DNA of 55,676 nucleotides from NCBI GenBank assembly GCA_050287085.1, contig JBNKBE010000019.1, positions 59,039 to 114,714 on the forward strand, given 5' to 3'. A model generated the notes under the pieces. It did not search any database and was not told where the DNA came from. It was given only the letters and a program-made list of their open reading frames with translations. The translations under genes and the position numbers were made by a program. The stretch comes from Polyangiaceae bacterium. Lineage in GTDB: Bacteria > Myxococcota_A > Polyangia > Polyangiales > Polyangiaceae. The first letter of the stretch is position 1. Every line of letters starts with the position of its first letter. Shown one piece after another: positions 46,663 to 55,676 of this stretch.

Positions 46663-48957
46663 CTAGAAAGTTTCCCCTTCGTCCTCGAGGAGGCGCCGTG
46701 GTGGAGGCGGCTGGTAGGGTTGTCCAAAGCGAAGCACTTCAGCCAATCCCCGATCTAGCTCGGCGTCATCGAGGCGATGACGCTTGTGGGCAATGCGAAG
46801 CAAGGTGCGAATGTACTTGGTCCACCGCGCCGTAAGTACCCCTTCGTCAGTGAAACGCTGACGGCTCGGGGCGGGCAGGATGGAGGCGAGAAAGAAGCTC
46901 TGCGCCACAGATAGCTCGTCTGGCAAGCTTCGAAAGTAGTACTCCGCCGCAGGCTGGACGCCGTATATCCCTGGTCCGTACTCAATCACGTTGAGATACA
47001 GCTCCAGAATCTCGTCCTTTCGGAGCTCTTGCTCCAGCAGCATCGTGAGCAGCGCCTCTTCCACTTTGCGCGCAACCAATTTGGAACGGGACAGGTAGAG
47101 GTTCTTCGCCAGCTGCATGCTTATCGTGCTGGCACCTCGTACAAAAGTGCCAGAAGCCACGTTCTGGCGAATGGCGCTCTCGATCGCGCGCTCGTCAAAT
47201 CCAGCGTGGGCCCAGAAGCGGCCGTCCTCCGTGACAAGCACAGCCGTCTCAAGATAGCGCGATATGTCATGCAGCGGCACCCACGTGCGCGAGCCAGGCC
47301 CAGATGAAACCGTCATCAGATGCCCCAGTTCATCTGGAACGCTGAGCACGAAGCGTCGCCGAAACCGCTTCGGATCCACTTCTGGAGGAACGTGCTCAAA
47401 GCGACAACCATTGCGCATACGCCAGACGACACGCATGTCGCGAGGAGCGTCCGTATCTACATCCACCTCCCCATGCCATGAAAACGCGCCCGACAAGCGA
47501 GCACCATCCAAGCCGGGCGCCAATCCTGTCGGCATTGAGTCGAACATCTCTTGGCAAGAGCCGCTTGGAATCTGAGCTTTGCCTCGCAGGTGCAGACGCT
47601 CCGTCTCACGTTCGACGCGGCCTTCGACCTGGACCTCAACCGCGCCGAGCCGCATCGTCGACGGCTCGATCCGCAGATCTGCGCCAGATAGGTGAACGTC
47701 CCCGCCCCCGCGCCACGCGACGTTCAGACCTTCGAGCGGATACTCCGCAAGGCGACGATGTGAAAGTGATAATTCACGGAGTTCGCCGTTCGACTCGACG
47801 CGAAGCGTGTCGGAAGCCAACGGCCAACGCACATCCAGGTCGAGCGCCACGATGGCCCGCTCGGGCGAGGATATCCCCATATCACCGGACTTTATTCCCA
47901 GGCTCGAAAGCGAAACCGGGCCACCTCGAATCTCAAACGCCAAGTCCCCCGAGGTCACGAGGGGAAACGTCAGCTTCATCTCAACCCGTTTGGCTCCGCG
48001 GGCTGCGCTATTGGGAGCAAGATCGACGCCGAGTCGCGAACCACTCTTGGAAAGACTGACGCGCGCGGGCCCAAACTGGAGCGCGTTCTCGGCATCGAAG
48101 CGAACTACGGTACTCACCTCGTCCAGAGACCAGCTCGCGTCGTCTGGAATCCGTTCATCGATTTCAGCCCCCAACTCGGCAAGCCAAGAGCGCCAACGCT
48201 GCGGGCGTGTCGCATCAAGGACTCCGAACTTCGCCCAGAGACCCGAGGGCTTCGTCGTGCCGGTCTCGTCGTCGGGACTGGCCGTCCCTTGAACCGCAGC
48301 GGGCTCTTCTGCTCCTCCTAGCCCCTTCAGAAGCTCTGCCGGCTCCAATTCAAGCGCGGCATGGTCGACATCAACGCTGCGAAGCTGCCTGCGAGCGGAG
48401 TCAAACGACACCGCCACGTTGGCGAGGCTCGCGCGGAGCCCCGCGCCTTCCCCTCTAGCCATTGCGACGGCCCCTTGGATTGAGTCCCCTTCGCGCAGTA
48501 GCCTAACGCCGGACAAGGCAAGCTGCCCTCCCGCGGCCGGCAACTTCCACGCAACGTCCAGCTCCGACACGTCGAACGCGCGATGGCTTGTTGTCGCAGC
48601 AGGCGCGGACGCCCGCTGCGTTCCGCCCCGAAGTGTGTCGCGAAGCGCACCCAGGTCGCCCGCATACTCAATTTGACCACCCCGAAGCGAAATCCCCGCA
48701 ACGCCCCCAAGACCCAAATTCACTTCCAATTGGAGCAGGTCAGCCCGCAGCGTCGGGAGATTTGGATGCCGAACAGTGACGCCTTCGAGCACTACCCCGC
48801 CCCAACGCAACCCAGCAGACGCCACCTCGACTCTAAAACCCCGCCGCGCCCCCTCTTGGCGCACCCAATACTGCACCGCAGGCTCCAGCGCGAGACCAGC
48901 TACAACACCCAAGAGTAGGGTTGCAAGCGCAACTGAAGTCCACCGACGAATGCGCAT
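46663..48957 (-). CDS. Monofunctional peptidoglycan transglycosylase (GT51) with a long N-terminal beta-rich region
   Basis: EDGRFWAH.G.D, GASTISMQLAKN, RKVEE, KDEILELYLN; no transpeptidase domain; N-terminal TM helix. Confidence 0.88.
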   Translation of the reverse strand: MRIRRWTSVALATLLLGVVAGLALEPAVQYWVRQEGARRGFRVEVASAGLRWGGVVLEGVTVRHPNLPTLRADLLQLEVNLGLGGVAGISLRGGQIEYAGDLGALRDTLRGGTQRASAPAATTSHRAFDVSELDVAWKLPAAGGQLALSGVRLLREGDSIQGAVAMARGEGAGLRASLANVAVSFDSARRQLRSVDVDHAALELEPAELLKGLGGAEEPAAVQGTASPDDETGTTKPSGLWAKFGVLDATRPQRWRSWLAELGAEIDERIPDDASWSLDEVSTVVRFDAENALQFGPARVSLSKSGSRLGVDLAPNSAARGAKRVEMKLTFPLVTSGDLAFEIRGGPVSLSSLGIKSGDMGISSPERAIVALDLDVRWPLASDTLRVESNGELRELSLSHRRLAEYPLEGLNVAWRGGGDVHLSGADLRIEPSTMRLGAVEVQVEGRVERETERLHLRGKAQIPSGSCQEMFDSMPTGLAPGLDGARLSGAFSWHGEVDVDTDAPRDMRVVWRMRNGCRFEHVPPEVDPKRFRRRFVLSVPDELGHLMTVSSGPGSRTWVPLHDISRYLETAVLVTEDGRFWAHAGFDERAIESAIRQNVASGTFVRGASTISMQLAKNLYLSRSKLVARKVEEALLTMLLEQELRKDEILELYLNVIEYGPGIYGVQPAAEYYFRSLPDELSVAQSFFLASILPAPSRQRFTDEGVLTARWTKYIRTLLRIAHKRHRLDDAELDRGLAEVLRFGQPYQPPPPRRLLEDEGETF

Positions 48958-48988
48958 CGCGCCGAGCGTAGCAGGTTACGACCAAGCG

Positions 48989-50530
48989 TCAGCGAATTTC
49001 TGGGGCCCTTCCTGCCTCGCGGGTAATGTGGAGGAGGCCGGTGATCATGTCTTCGTTAAGCTGTGCCCACTGAAATCTCCATGACCAGTTGCGCGGACTC
49101 ACAGTGCCAGGGGTGTTCATGCGCGCTTCGGAGCCCAGGCCCAACACGTCCTGGAATGGAATGATGGCGGCCGCCGCGGGACACGCAAGTACACCTTTCA
49201 TGAGCGTCCAATGAATATTCGTACCGTCGGTCGAGTAGTACCGCCGGACCTGATCTCGTTCGCGCTCAACCTCTTGTTTCGACATCTGTTCATGGTGACC
49301 AGAGTCCTGAGTATACCACCCCACAGTTGTATCGTTGTCATGCGTCCCCGTGTACGCGACGCAGTTTGAAGGGTAGTTGTGGGGCAAGAATGCCTCTTCA
49401 CCATTGAAAGAGAACTGCAAGATCCGCATCGATGGCAGTTCGTACTTGTCTCGCAAGGCCACAACGTCGTCGGTGATAACCCCCAGATCCTCGGCGACAA
49501 CCGGAAGTGGTGTACCCCAGTCCGCTATCAGACTGGCAAGCAATGCATCACCCGGAGCACTCACCCACTTCCCTTGTTTTGCCGTTGGCGCGTCCACCGG
49601 AACCTCCCAGCACGCAGCAAGTCCCCGGAAATGGTCGATGCGCAAGAGGTCGGCGATAGCCAATGTGCGCTTCACCCGCGCCCGCCACCACGCAAAGTCA
49701 GACGCCTCATGCGTCGGCCAGAAGAAGAGCGGATTACCCCATCGCTGGCCGTCCTTGCTGAAGTAGTCGGGGGGTACCCCGGCGACCACGGTGGGCTGCC
49801 CAGCACCATCCAGCTGAAACAAGTCTTGATTGGCCCACGTATCGGCGCTGTCGTGGGCGACGAAAATGGGGACGTCGCCCAGAATACGAATCCCGTTCTT
49901 CGACGCATAGCGGCGCAGCCGACCCCACTGCTCTTCGAAGAAGAACTGCAGCACACTCTCAACCATCATCTCAGATGCCAGGTCTTGGTCGAGACTCTCG
50001 AGTGACGTATCAACACGATGACGTACGGCAGCCGGCCAATGATACCAGGGTGCGCCATGGAAATGGCGCTTGAGAACCTTGAAGCGCGCGTAGTCGAGCA
50101 ACCAGTAGCGGTTGTCGCGGCAGAAGACTTCAAAAGCTGGCCAACGGTCAGCAGGCTTGGCGTCAGCAAAACGCTTTGCTGCTCGTCTCAATACGGGCAG
50201 CTTCTTGGCTACCGTCAACTCAAACTCGTAGCGCCCAGCGGGTAGGTCGGCGCTCACCAGTTCGTTCAATTCAGCTGGAAGCAACAGCCCTTCCTCGGCA
50301 AGCACCGCAGGACTGATCAACAGTGGGTCACCGGCGAAACTCGACTCCCCTTGGTAGGGACAGGCGCCATTGCCGGGAGGCGTGAGGGGCAGCACCTGCC
50401 ACAGACGCTGACCTGCCGCCGCCAAAACATCGATGAAGCGATAGGCATCGAGGCCGAGATCGCCTACCCCGTAGGGCGAAGGTAGGCACGTCGGGTGGAG
50501 AAGGATTCCGCTCTCTTTGTTGAATAGCAC
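48989..50530 (-). CDS. malQ: 4-alpha-glucanotransferase (amylomaltase, GH77)
   Basis: SGILLHPT.LP, WQVLPL, GDVPIFV..DSAD, AGVPPDYFS..GQ.WGNP, RIDHFRG, AEDLG, YTGTHDN, ARMN.PG. Confidence 0.96.
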   Translation of the reverse strand: MLFNKESGILLHPTCLPSPYGVGDLGLDAYRFIDVLAAAGQRLWQVLPLTPPGNGACPYQGESSFAGDPLLISPAVLAEEGLLLPAELNELVSADLPAGRYEFELTVAKKLPVLRRAAKRFADAKPADRWPAFEVFCRDNRYWLLDYARFKVLKRHFHGAPWYHWPAAVRHRVDTSLESLDQDLASEMMVESVLQFFFEEQWGRLRRYASKNGIRILGDVPIFVAHDSADTWANQDLFQLDGAGQPTVVAGVPPDYFSKDGQRWGNPLFFWPTHEASDFAWWRARVKRTLAIADLLRIDHFRGLAACWEVPVDAPTAKQGKWVSAPGDALLASLIADWGTPLPVVAEDLGVITDDVVALRDKYELPSMRILQFSFNGEEAFLPHNYPSNCVAYTGTHDNDTTVGWYTQDSGHHEQMSKQEVERERDQVRRYYSTDGTNIHWTLMKGVLACPAAAAIIPFQDVLGLGSEARMNTPGTVSPRNWSWRFQWAQLNEDMITGLLHITREAGRAPEIR

Positions 50531-50795
50531 GATCGGGTCTCCGGTCTGATGATGGCGGTACACTGGCTATCGCCAAACGAGGCAATGCATGTTGCCCAAA
50601 CGTTGCGCGTGCTTGTCGAGTGCAAGCCAGGCCTAGTAGTCGGATAGTAGTCTTGGCTGCGGCACGCTGTGGCCCGCTCAGCGTAGCGGGTTTGGCACAC
50701 TCGAGGTACGCTCGTGCAACGTGAACCTGTTCGACCGCGGGAGTCAATACACTATGCCTGTAGCGCGTTAGGGCACACGCGATGTCCTGACGTTT

Positions 50796-52922
50796 TTGAG
50801 CTCGCCACGCACACATGTTACGAACTCGTTCCTGCCGCCTATGAGCCCCGAGCGTCCCACGGCGCGCGAAACGGCGCTGACAGCCACGCAAGCGCGGAGG
50901 CGACGATCGCCCCTGACGGCCGCGGTGTGGGCCGGCGCGCTGGGCGGACTGTTGCTCGGAGGGTGTCGCTCGGAGCGCGTCGCTCCGCGGCTCACCACGC
51001 GCGCGACAACGTCAACGGCCGTGCAGCCTCCAGCGCGCCCAGCGCACGCCCTCGCGGCCCCCAGCCACGCCGGTGTGGTCGTCGACCAGCGATGTGTACC
51101 CTTGTGCGTCACAGAAGGCGCTGAGGCCAATTCCGACTGGGGCTGGGAACGCGGGCGTTCTTGCGTCGCGAGCGAAACCCTGGCGGCCGCGAATCAGCCC
51201 TGCCGATTGGATGCCCCATTGCCGCCCCCAGAACGGCGTCCTGGTGTGGTGGTCGACCGGCGATGCATTCCGCTGTGCCAAATGGTGGCCGTCCCGAGCG
51301 ACCCGGCCTCGCCGGATTGGGCGTACGAAAACAACACCTCCTGCGTGCTGCCCGAAACCAAGACCGCGACGGCTCAAACCTGTTTGACCGGTATGCCGTT
51401 GCCGGATCCCGCGGAGTTCGAAGCAGAGCAGGCTGAGCGTCCGGGCGTGGTCGTGGGGGAGGCCGGAGCGACGTACTGCGCGCCCTTATGTACCTTCAAC
51501 GCCGACCCAAGTTCGCCACGCCCCGACGGGTCGTGGGACTTCGAGTACGGCCGCTCTTGTGTCGTACCTCGTAGCCTTGTGGCGCGTACGAGTCTCGCGT
51601 GCACGACGTCCCTCGACCCTCCCGCTCCAAGCCCAACACCGGGCGTCTACATCAATGGTGACCCAACCCCCGACGGCTGCAGCGTCTCTCGCTGTGTCCC
51701 CCTCTGTACGGTCGCGAGTGAACCAGCGAATCCAGAGGAGCCCGCCTGGGCGTGGGAGTTCGGTACCCCATGTCTTCTCGCCGCTGCCCTCAGCCGGGGA
51801 GGACGTGACGCTAGCTCGACGCACCCAGTCCCCGCGCCGCCTCGCCGCTGCACGTGGGGCTCCGCCGGAGACGACTTCTATAGCCCCCCTCCCCTCGAGT
51901 CCCGCCGCCTCTCCAGTCCCACCTTCTACGTCGAGGGCAAACACCTACGCGATCCCTACGGCGAGCCTTTTGTCATTCGTGCGATCAACAACTCCCATGG
52001 TTGGTACGACGGATGCGGCGCCTATTCCGCTCTTCAAGCGCTCGACGCCATCGCGCAATCAGGTGCCAACGCTGTCCGAATCGGTTGGGTATTCGAGAGC
52101 ATCGATCCTGGCGGTCCCGGGGAGGGCGCATCCGAGCAACGCGCGATCGGCACCCATCCGGACCTGCTGGCGGAGATCCTGCATCGTACTGTGCAGCTTG
52201 GATTGATCCCCATCTTGGCCTTCAATGACTCCACGGGACAAACGGAGACAAACTGGCCCCTGCGCATGGCCAACTTCATCCTACAACCGTCCTACGCGCG
52301 CCTATTTCGGGCGTATGAACAATACCTGCTGCTCGGCGTGGCCAACGAACTCAACGTGGGAGAGGAATCCGCCGACGCTTTTGTTGCTGCCTACACGCCG
52401 GCTGTTCGCGCTTTGCGAGCCGCCGGACTCGACATGCCACTCGTGATCACGGCCAATCATTGGGGGCAAGGCTGCGCCACCTTCGTTGAAGGAGCCCCCC
52501 AAATGGTCGACGCCGACCCCGCACACAATCTGGTGTTTGACCTCCACCTCTACACCTACGTGTATTACCCATTGCCGAACGCAAGCAATCCAACAGCTGG
52601 ACCCGAGGGAGAGCGCATTAGCGCTTGCCTCGATACCTTGGCGGACCTCGACGTCAACGTCCTGGTGGGGGAGTTCGGACACTTCCACGGCAGCGGCGCC
52701 GAACGCAGTGAAGTGGCTTGGCGTGAGCTCGTGGCAACCTGCGATGCAAACGCTCAAGGCTACGCGCCATGGCTCTGGTATGGCGACACGGAGTATCCGG
52801 AGCTCAACATGGCCCAAAGCTGGTCCGGCCCTCCAACGCATTGGGGCCGCCAGGTGTTGGCCACTCTGAAGCACGCCCCAAGGGCAAGCCTCTTCGCGAA
52901 GACGCCACACACCGGGAAGTAG
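50796..52922 (+). CDS. GH5 glycoside hydrolase (beta-mannanase-like, GH5_8-type) with four CBM10-like modules; lipoprotein
   Basis: Lipobox LGGC; four PLC...W.[WYF]E...[SP]C units; catalytic domain INNSHGWY, GANAVRI, ANE (acid/base), WGQ, FDLHLY, GEFGH (nucleophile), W.W.G. Confidence 0.85.
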   Translation: MSSPRTHVTNSFLPPMSPERPTARETALTATQARRRRSPLTAAVWAGALGGLLLGGCRSERVAPRLTTRATTSTAVQPPARPAHALAAPSHAGVVVDQRCVPLCVTEGAEANSDWGWERGRSCVASETLAAANQPCRLDAPLPPPERRPGVVVDRRCIPLCQMVAVPSDPASPDWAYENNTSCVLPETKTATAQTCLTGMPLPDPAEFEAEQAERPGVVVGEAGATYCAPLCTFNADPSSPRPDGSWDFEYGRSCVVPRSLVARTSLACTTSLDPPAPSPTPGVYINGDPTPDGCSVSRCVPLCTVASEPANPEEPAWAWEFGTPCLLAAALSRGGRDASSTHPVPAPPRRCTWGSAGDDFYSPPPLESRRLSSPTFYVEGKHLRDPYGEPFVIRAINNSHGWYDGCGAYSALQALDAIAQSGANAVRIGWVFESIDPGGPGEGASEQRAIGTHPDLLAEILHRTVQLGLIPILAFNDSTGQTETNWPLRMANFILQPSYARLFRAYEQYLLLGVANELNVGEESADAFVAAYTPAVRALRAAGLDMPLVITANHWGQGCATFVEGAPQMVDADPAHNLVFDLHLYTYVYYPLPNASNPTAGPEGERISACLDTLADLDVNVLVGEFGHFHGSGAERSEVAWRELVATCDANAQGYAPWLWYGDTEYPELNMAQSWSGPPTHWGRQVLATLKHAPRASLFAKTPHTGK

Positions 52923-52949
52923 CGCGCGGCTTAACGAGCGCGCTACTTC
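52916..52949. terminator. Hairpin between the convergent GH5 and pfk genes
   Basis: GAAGTAGCGCGC-N10-GCGCGCTACTTC. Confidence 0.6.
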
Positions 52950-52955
52950 TCGGGT

Positions 52956-54392
52956 TCAGTGGCCAGTCCCAAGCAAGGCCCTCGGTTGACCCGTAGCTTC
53001 GATCACGCTCATCCAGAGTTCACCGTTGGGATCCACCAGCTTACGCGCACGAGTTGCCAAGGGCATTGGAACATGCACGAAACGCCCATGCCACCGCCCA
53101 ATCAGCATCTGCGTATTGCCCGCCATGGCGGCATGAACGGCGTTGCGCGCCATATTCCAACAATACACGCTATCAGAGGGTGACGCAGGAACGCTGCGGA
53201 TGGCGTAGCTTGGGTCGATGTACTTCAGTGTCACCGCCCGCGATGCCTCAAAATGGTCGGTGATCACGTTTCGCAGAAAGACACCGATGTCGTTCAGTCG
53301 CGCATTGCCGCTCTTATCTGTTTGCTGTCCCGGAAAGTGACTTGGCGGCGCTGAGTCTCGCTCGAGCAAGTCTTGACCTGCTCCCTCTGCCACGACAACC
53401 ACGGCGTGCCCCTTGCGAGCCAAAACCTTCTCAAGATAGCTGTAAAGCCCGCCCTCCCCCTCCAACTTGAAGGGGACCTCGGGGATCAGCACCAAATCGA
53501 CGTCGGTCGATGCCAGTGCTGCATGACATGCAACGAATCCTGAGTGGCGACCCATCACCTTGACGAGACCGATCCCGCGGTAGGCTCCCATGGCTTCCAC
53601 GCCCGCGGAGCGAATCGTGTGTACGGCCGCCGAATACGCACTCTCGAACCCAAACGAGCGATCGGTGAAGTGGATATCGTTGTCGATCGTCTTCGGAACG
53701 CCCACGACGCCGATCTTCAGACCGCGGCGCTGAATCTCGTTGGCCAAACGAATCGAGCCGCGGGTTGTGCCGTCGCCCCCGATCGTGAAGAGGATCCCCA
53801 CATCGTGTTCAACGAGTGTGTCGACCATAGCACCGATATCTTGCTCTCCGCGAGACGAGCCAAGAATGGTGCCCCCCTGATGATGGATGTAAGCCACCGA
53901 TTCCGGGGTGAGCTTGATGGGCAGATGTTTTGTATCTGGAACCATCCCCTCGTAGCCGAAGCGGAAGCCTAAGATCTCCTTGACCCCGTACGCATGAGAC
54001 AGCTCGCATACGATACCGCGCACCACGTTGTTCAGCCCCGGGCACAATCCTCCGCAGGTGACCACCGCGCAGCGCAGCCGACTCGGATTGAAAAAGATCA
54101 TGTTGCGCGGACCGGCCAACTCAAACGCTGGAAGCGCCGCACTCTGCCCTTCCGCAGCCAAGACGTCGCTCAGTCGGTCACTGAACAACACTCGGTCGCT
54201 TTGCCCCACGAAGTGCATGGCGCTGACGCCGAGATGCTCCGTAACGGGTGAGGGGATCGTGCAATCCCCCAACGTGCTTATCTCGAAATCCTCGGGCGTC
54301 AGTCTTCCAAAACCGGGCGACGTTCCAGGATCTTGCACGCCGCTACCGGTGGCGCCTACGGCTCCTGGGAATGGCAATACAACGGTACTCAT
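52956..54392 (-). CDS. pfkA: ATP-dependent 6-phosphofructokinase (group X type)
   Basis: FELAGPR..IFF, VTCGGLCPGLN, GGTILGSSRG, IGGDGT, PKTIDND, MGRHSGF, VAEGAG, KYIDPSY.IRS. Confidence 0.93.
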   Translation of the reverse strand: MSTVVLPFPGAVGATGSGVQDPGTSPGFGRLTPEDFEISTLGDCTIPSPVTEHLGVSAMHFVGQSDRVLFSDRLSDVLAAEGQSAALPAFELAGPRNMIFFNPSRLRCAVVTCGGLCPGLNNVVRGIVCELSHAYGVKEILGFRFGYEGMVPDTKHLPIKLTPESVAYIHHQGGTILGSSRGEQDIGAMVDTLVEHDVGILFTIGGDGTTRGSIRLANEIQRRGLKIGVVGVPKTIDNDIHFTDRSFGFESAYSAAVHTIRSAGVEAMGAYRGIGLVKVMGRHSGFVACHAALASTDVDLVLIPEVPFKLEGEGGLYSYLEKVLARKGHAVVVVAEGAGQDLLERDSAPPSHFPGQQTDKSGNARLNDIGVFLRNVITDHFEASRAVTLKYIDPSYAIRSVPASPSDSVYCWNMARNAVHAAMAGNTQMLIGRWHGRFVHVPMPLATRARKLVDPNGELWMSVIEATGQPRALLGTGH

Positions 54393-54805
54393 ACAGGGTC
54401 CGATCTAATCGCTAGGCACCCCCAAAATCCTGCGAAAACTCGAGTTTCACGCAGAAAGACGCGGTGCCTGAACGGACGTCTCGGCTCTCCAACCCAACTC
54501 GAAGCACCCACCCAAGCGAAACGAAACGCAGGTCCACGTGGCGCGCCAATGCGAAACGAAAGGCCCCTTCGAACCGCCCTGGCAGCGACACACGCGGCCC
54601 CGGACTCCACGCCAGAGACCAATGCCTGCGTCATGAAGCAGCCCGCGACCAGACCGCCCCCGGGCTAGGCGGGCGTCCCTCGGCCCCCGCTTGTCGATCG
54701 CAAGGCCGGTGCCGAGCCCCCAGCCACGGCGCGTAGCCTCTTCGACACCTCATCAATGGCTGCTACCCTGGACTTTCGCGGCGCGCCGGGCGCTGCGAGA
54801 ACGGA

Positions 54806-55603
54806 ATGCACCCCGCCCTCATCGCCCTAGTGGCCGCGCTGTTCTGTAGCTGCGGCGCGCCGGCATCGGCGCCGGCTCGCATTGCGTCGCCCGCGCCCCA
54901 AGAGCCTGCAGCCAAGGCTCTTCCGGACTACGCTGCGCCCGTAGCTCGCACTCCCACTCCCGACGAACTCCGGCACGCCGACCTGATCCGGTACCGCGCC
55001 CTGAGCCGCGAGGACTTCAAGGCAAACTCCCTGCCTACCTCTCTCGAGCCCCACGCCACCCGTCTAGGAGCCTTGACCTGCACCCACGTAGCCGCAAGCA
55101 GCGCCACCATCACTGGCGAGCGGGACCCAGCCTCCGGGCGCTGGAAAGCCCACCTCAGCGAGGTGCAGTTCGTGGCCCACATGGACCGCAGCTGCTCTTG
55201 GTGGAACCCAAACAGCCTGAAAGACGAGGAGGCGTATGCGCTCGAACATGAGCAGATTCATTTCGCGCTGGCCGAGCTCGCCGCACGCCGAGAACACCTA
55301 CGCGCAAACCAGCAGCTAGCGACGTTCCAAGGCGAGGGAGACACCCAGGACGCGGCTCGCCAGGCTGTACAGCGGCTCTTGGCTCAGGCTCTCGGCGAGC
55401 GCCTCAAACTCCTTACCAAGGTGAACCGCCAATTCGACGAGGAAACCTCCCTAAAACGCGACCCCGACGCGCAGCGCCGCTGGCGCCGCCGCGTCGAACG
55501 CGACCTGGCCGCCCTACCCCGTCCGCCCCTCCCACCAGGCGCCCCCGCTCCCGCGCGCCCCAAGTCGCCCGCGACACGCCCCGACGACCCGCACCCCCCT
55601 TAG
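54806..55603 (+). CDS. DUF922-like predicted Zn-dependent protease, lipoprotein
   Basis: Lipobox-like CSC; L...DFK, SWW, LEHEQIHF..AE, FD.ET. Confidence 0.75.
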   Translation: MHPALIALVAALFCSCGAPASAPARIASPAPQEPAAKALPDYAAPVARTPTPDELRHADLIRYRALSREDFKANSLPTSLEPHATRLGALTCTHVAASSATITGERDPASGRWKAHLSEVQFVAHMDRSCSWWNPNSLKDEEAYALEHEQIHFALAELAARREHLRANQQLATFQGEGDTQDAARQAVQRLLAQALGERLKLLTKVNRQFDEETSLKRDPDAQRRWRRRVERDLAALPRPPLPPGAPAPARPKSPATRPDDPHPP

Positions 55604-55676
55604 CCCCGACGCCACGCGCATCCCCGCTTCCGCACGCCCCCCCAGTCGCTCGCGGCACGCGGCGACGGCGCGCAAC

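Noticed and set aside
55515..55676. C-rich low-complexity end of the window
   Set aside because: Mostly explained by the Pro-rich tail of the DUF922-like gene; no defined repeat unit.

Overview
GC-rich (roughly 60-65% by eye) bacterial chromosomal window, most likely from a myxobacterium (Myxococcota, Polyangiales/Sorangiineae-like). The evidence is two Hanks-type membrane Ser/Thr kinases, a TPR/PEGA-type protein, a fibro-slime protein and many Cys-rich lipoproteins with low-complexity linkers. It holds about 35 genes. I found no transposase, integrase, prophage, tRNA, rRNA or cas gene. Content: (i) secreted or surface proteins, including an ExeM/NucH-type nuclease, an expansin, GH8, GH5 with four CBM10-like modules, a thioester alpha-2-macroglobulin and a lipoprotein with Notch-like EGF repeats; (ii) signalling genes (two STKs, a histidine kinase and receiver pair, AraC/GlxA, HxlR); (iii) housekeeping genes (class Ia nrdAB, tadA, malQ, pfk, Na/Pi symporter, GT51 transglycosylase, NatAB-like ABC exporter). 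Best-supported non-coding signals: a cobalamin riboswitch with tandem NrdR boxes and an SD-sequestering hairpin upstream of nrdAB, and a sigma54 promoter upstream of the macroglobulin. The most unexplained signal is an exact 28-bp direct repeat with a 33-bp spacer (CRISPR-like geometry) directly upstream of the secreted nuclease. I cannot demonstrate a new multi-gene system from sequence alone; the leading candidates are listed as findings with tests. Start codons are estimates and all product calls come from motif recognition, not database searches.
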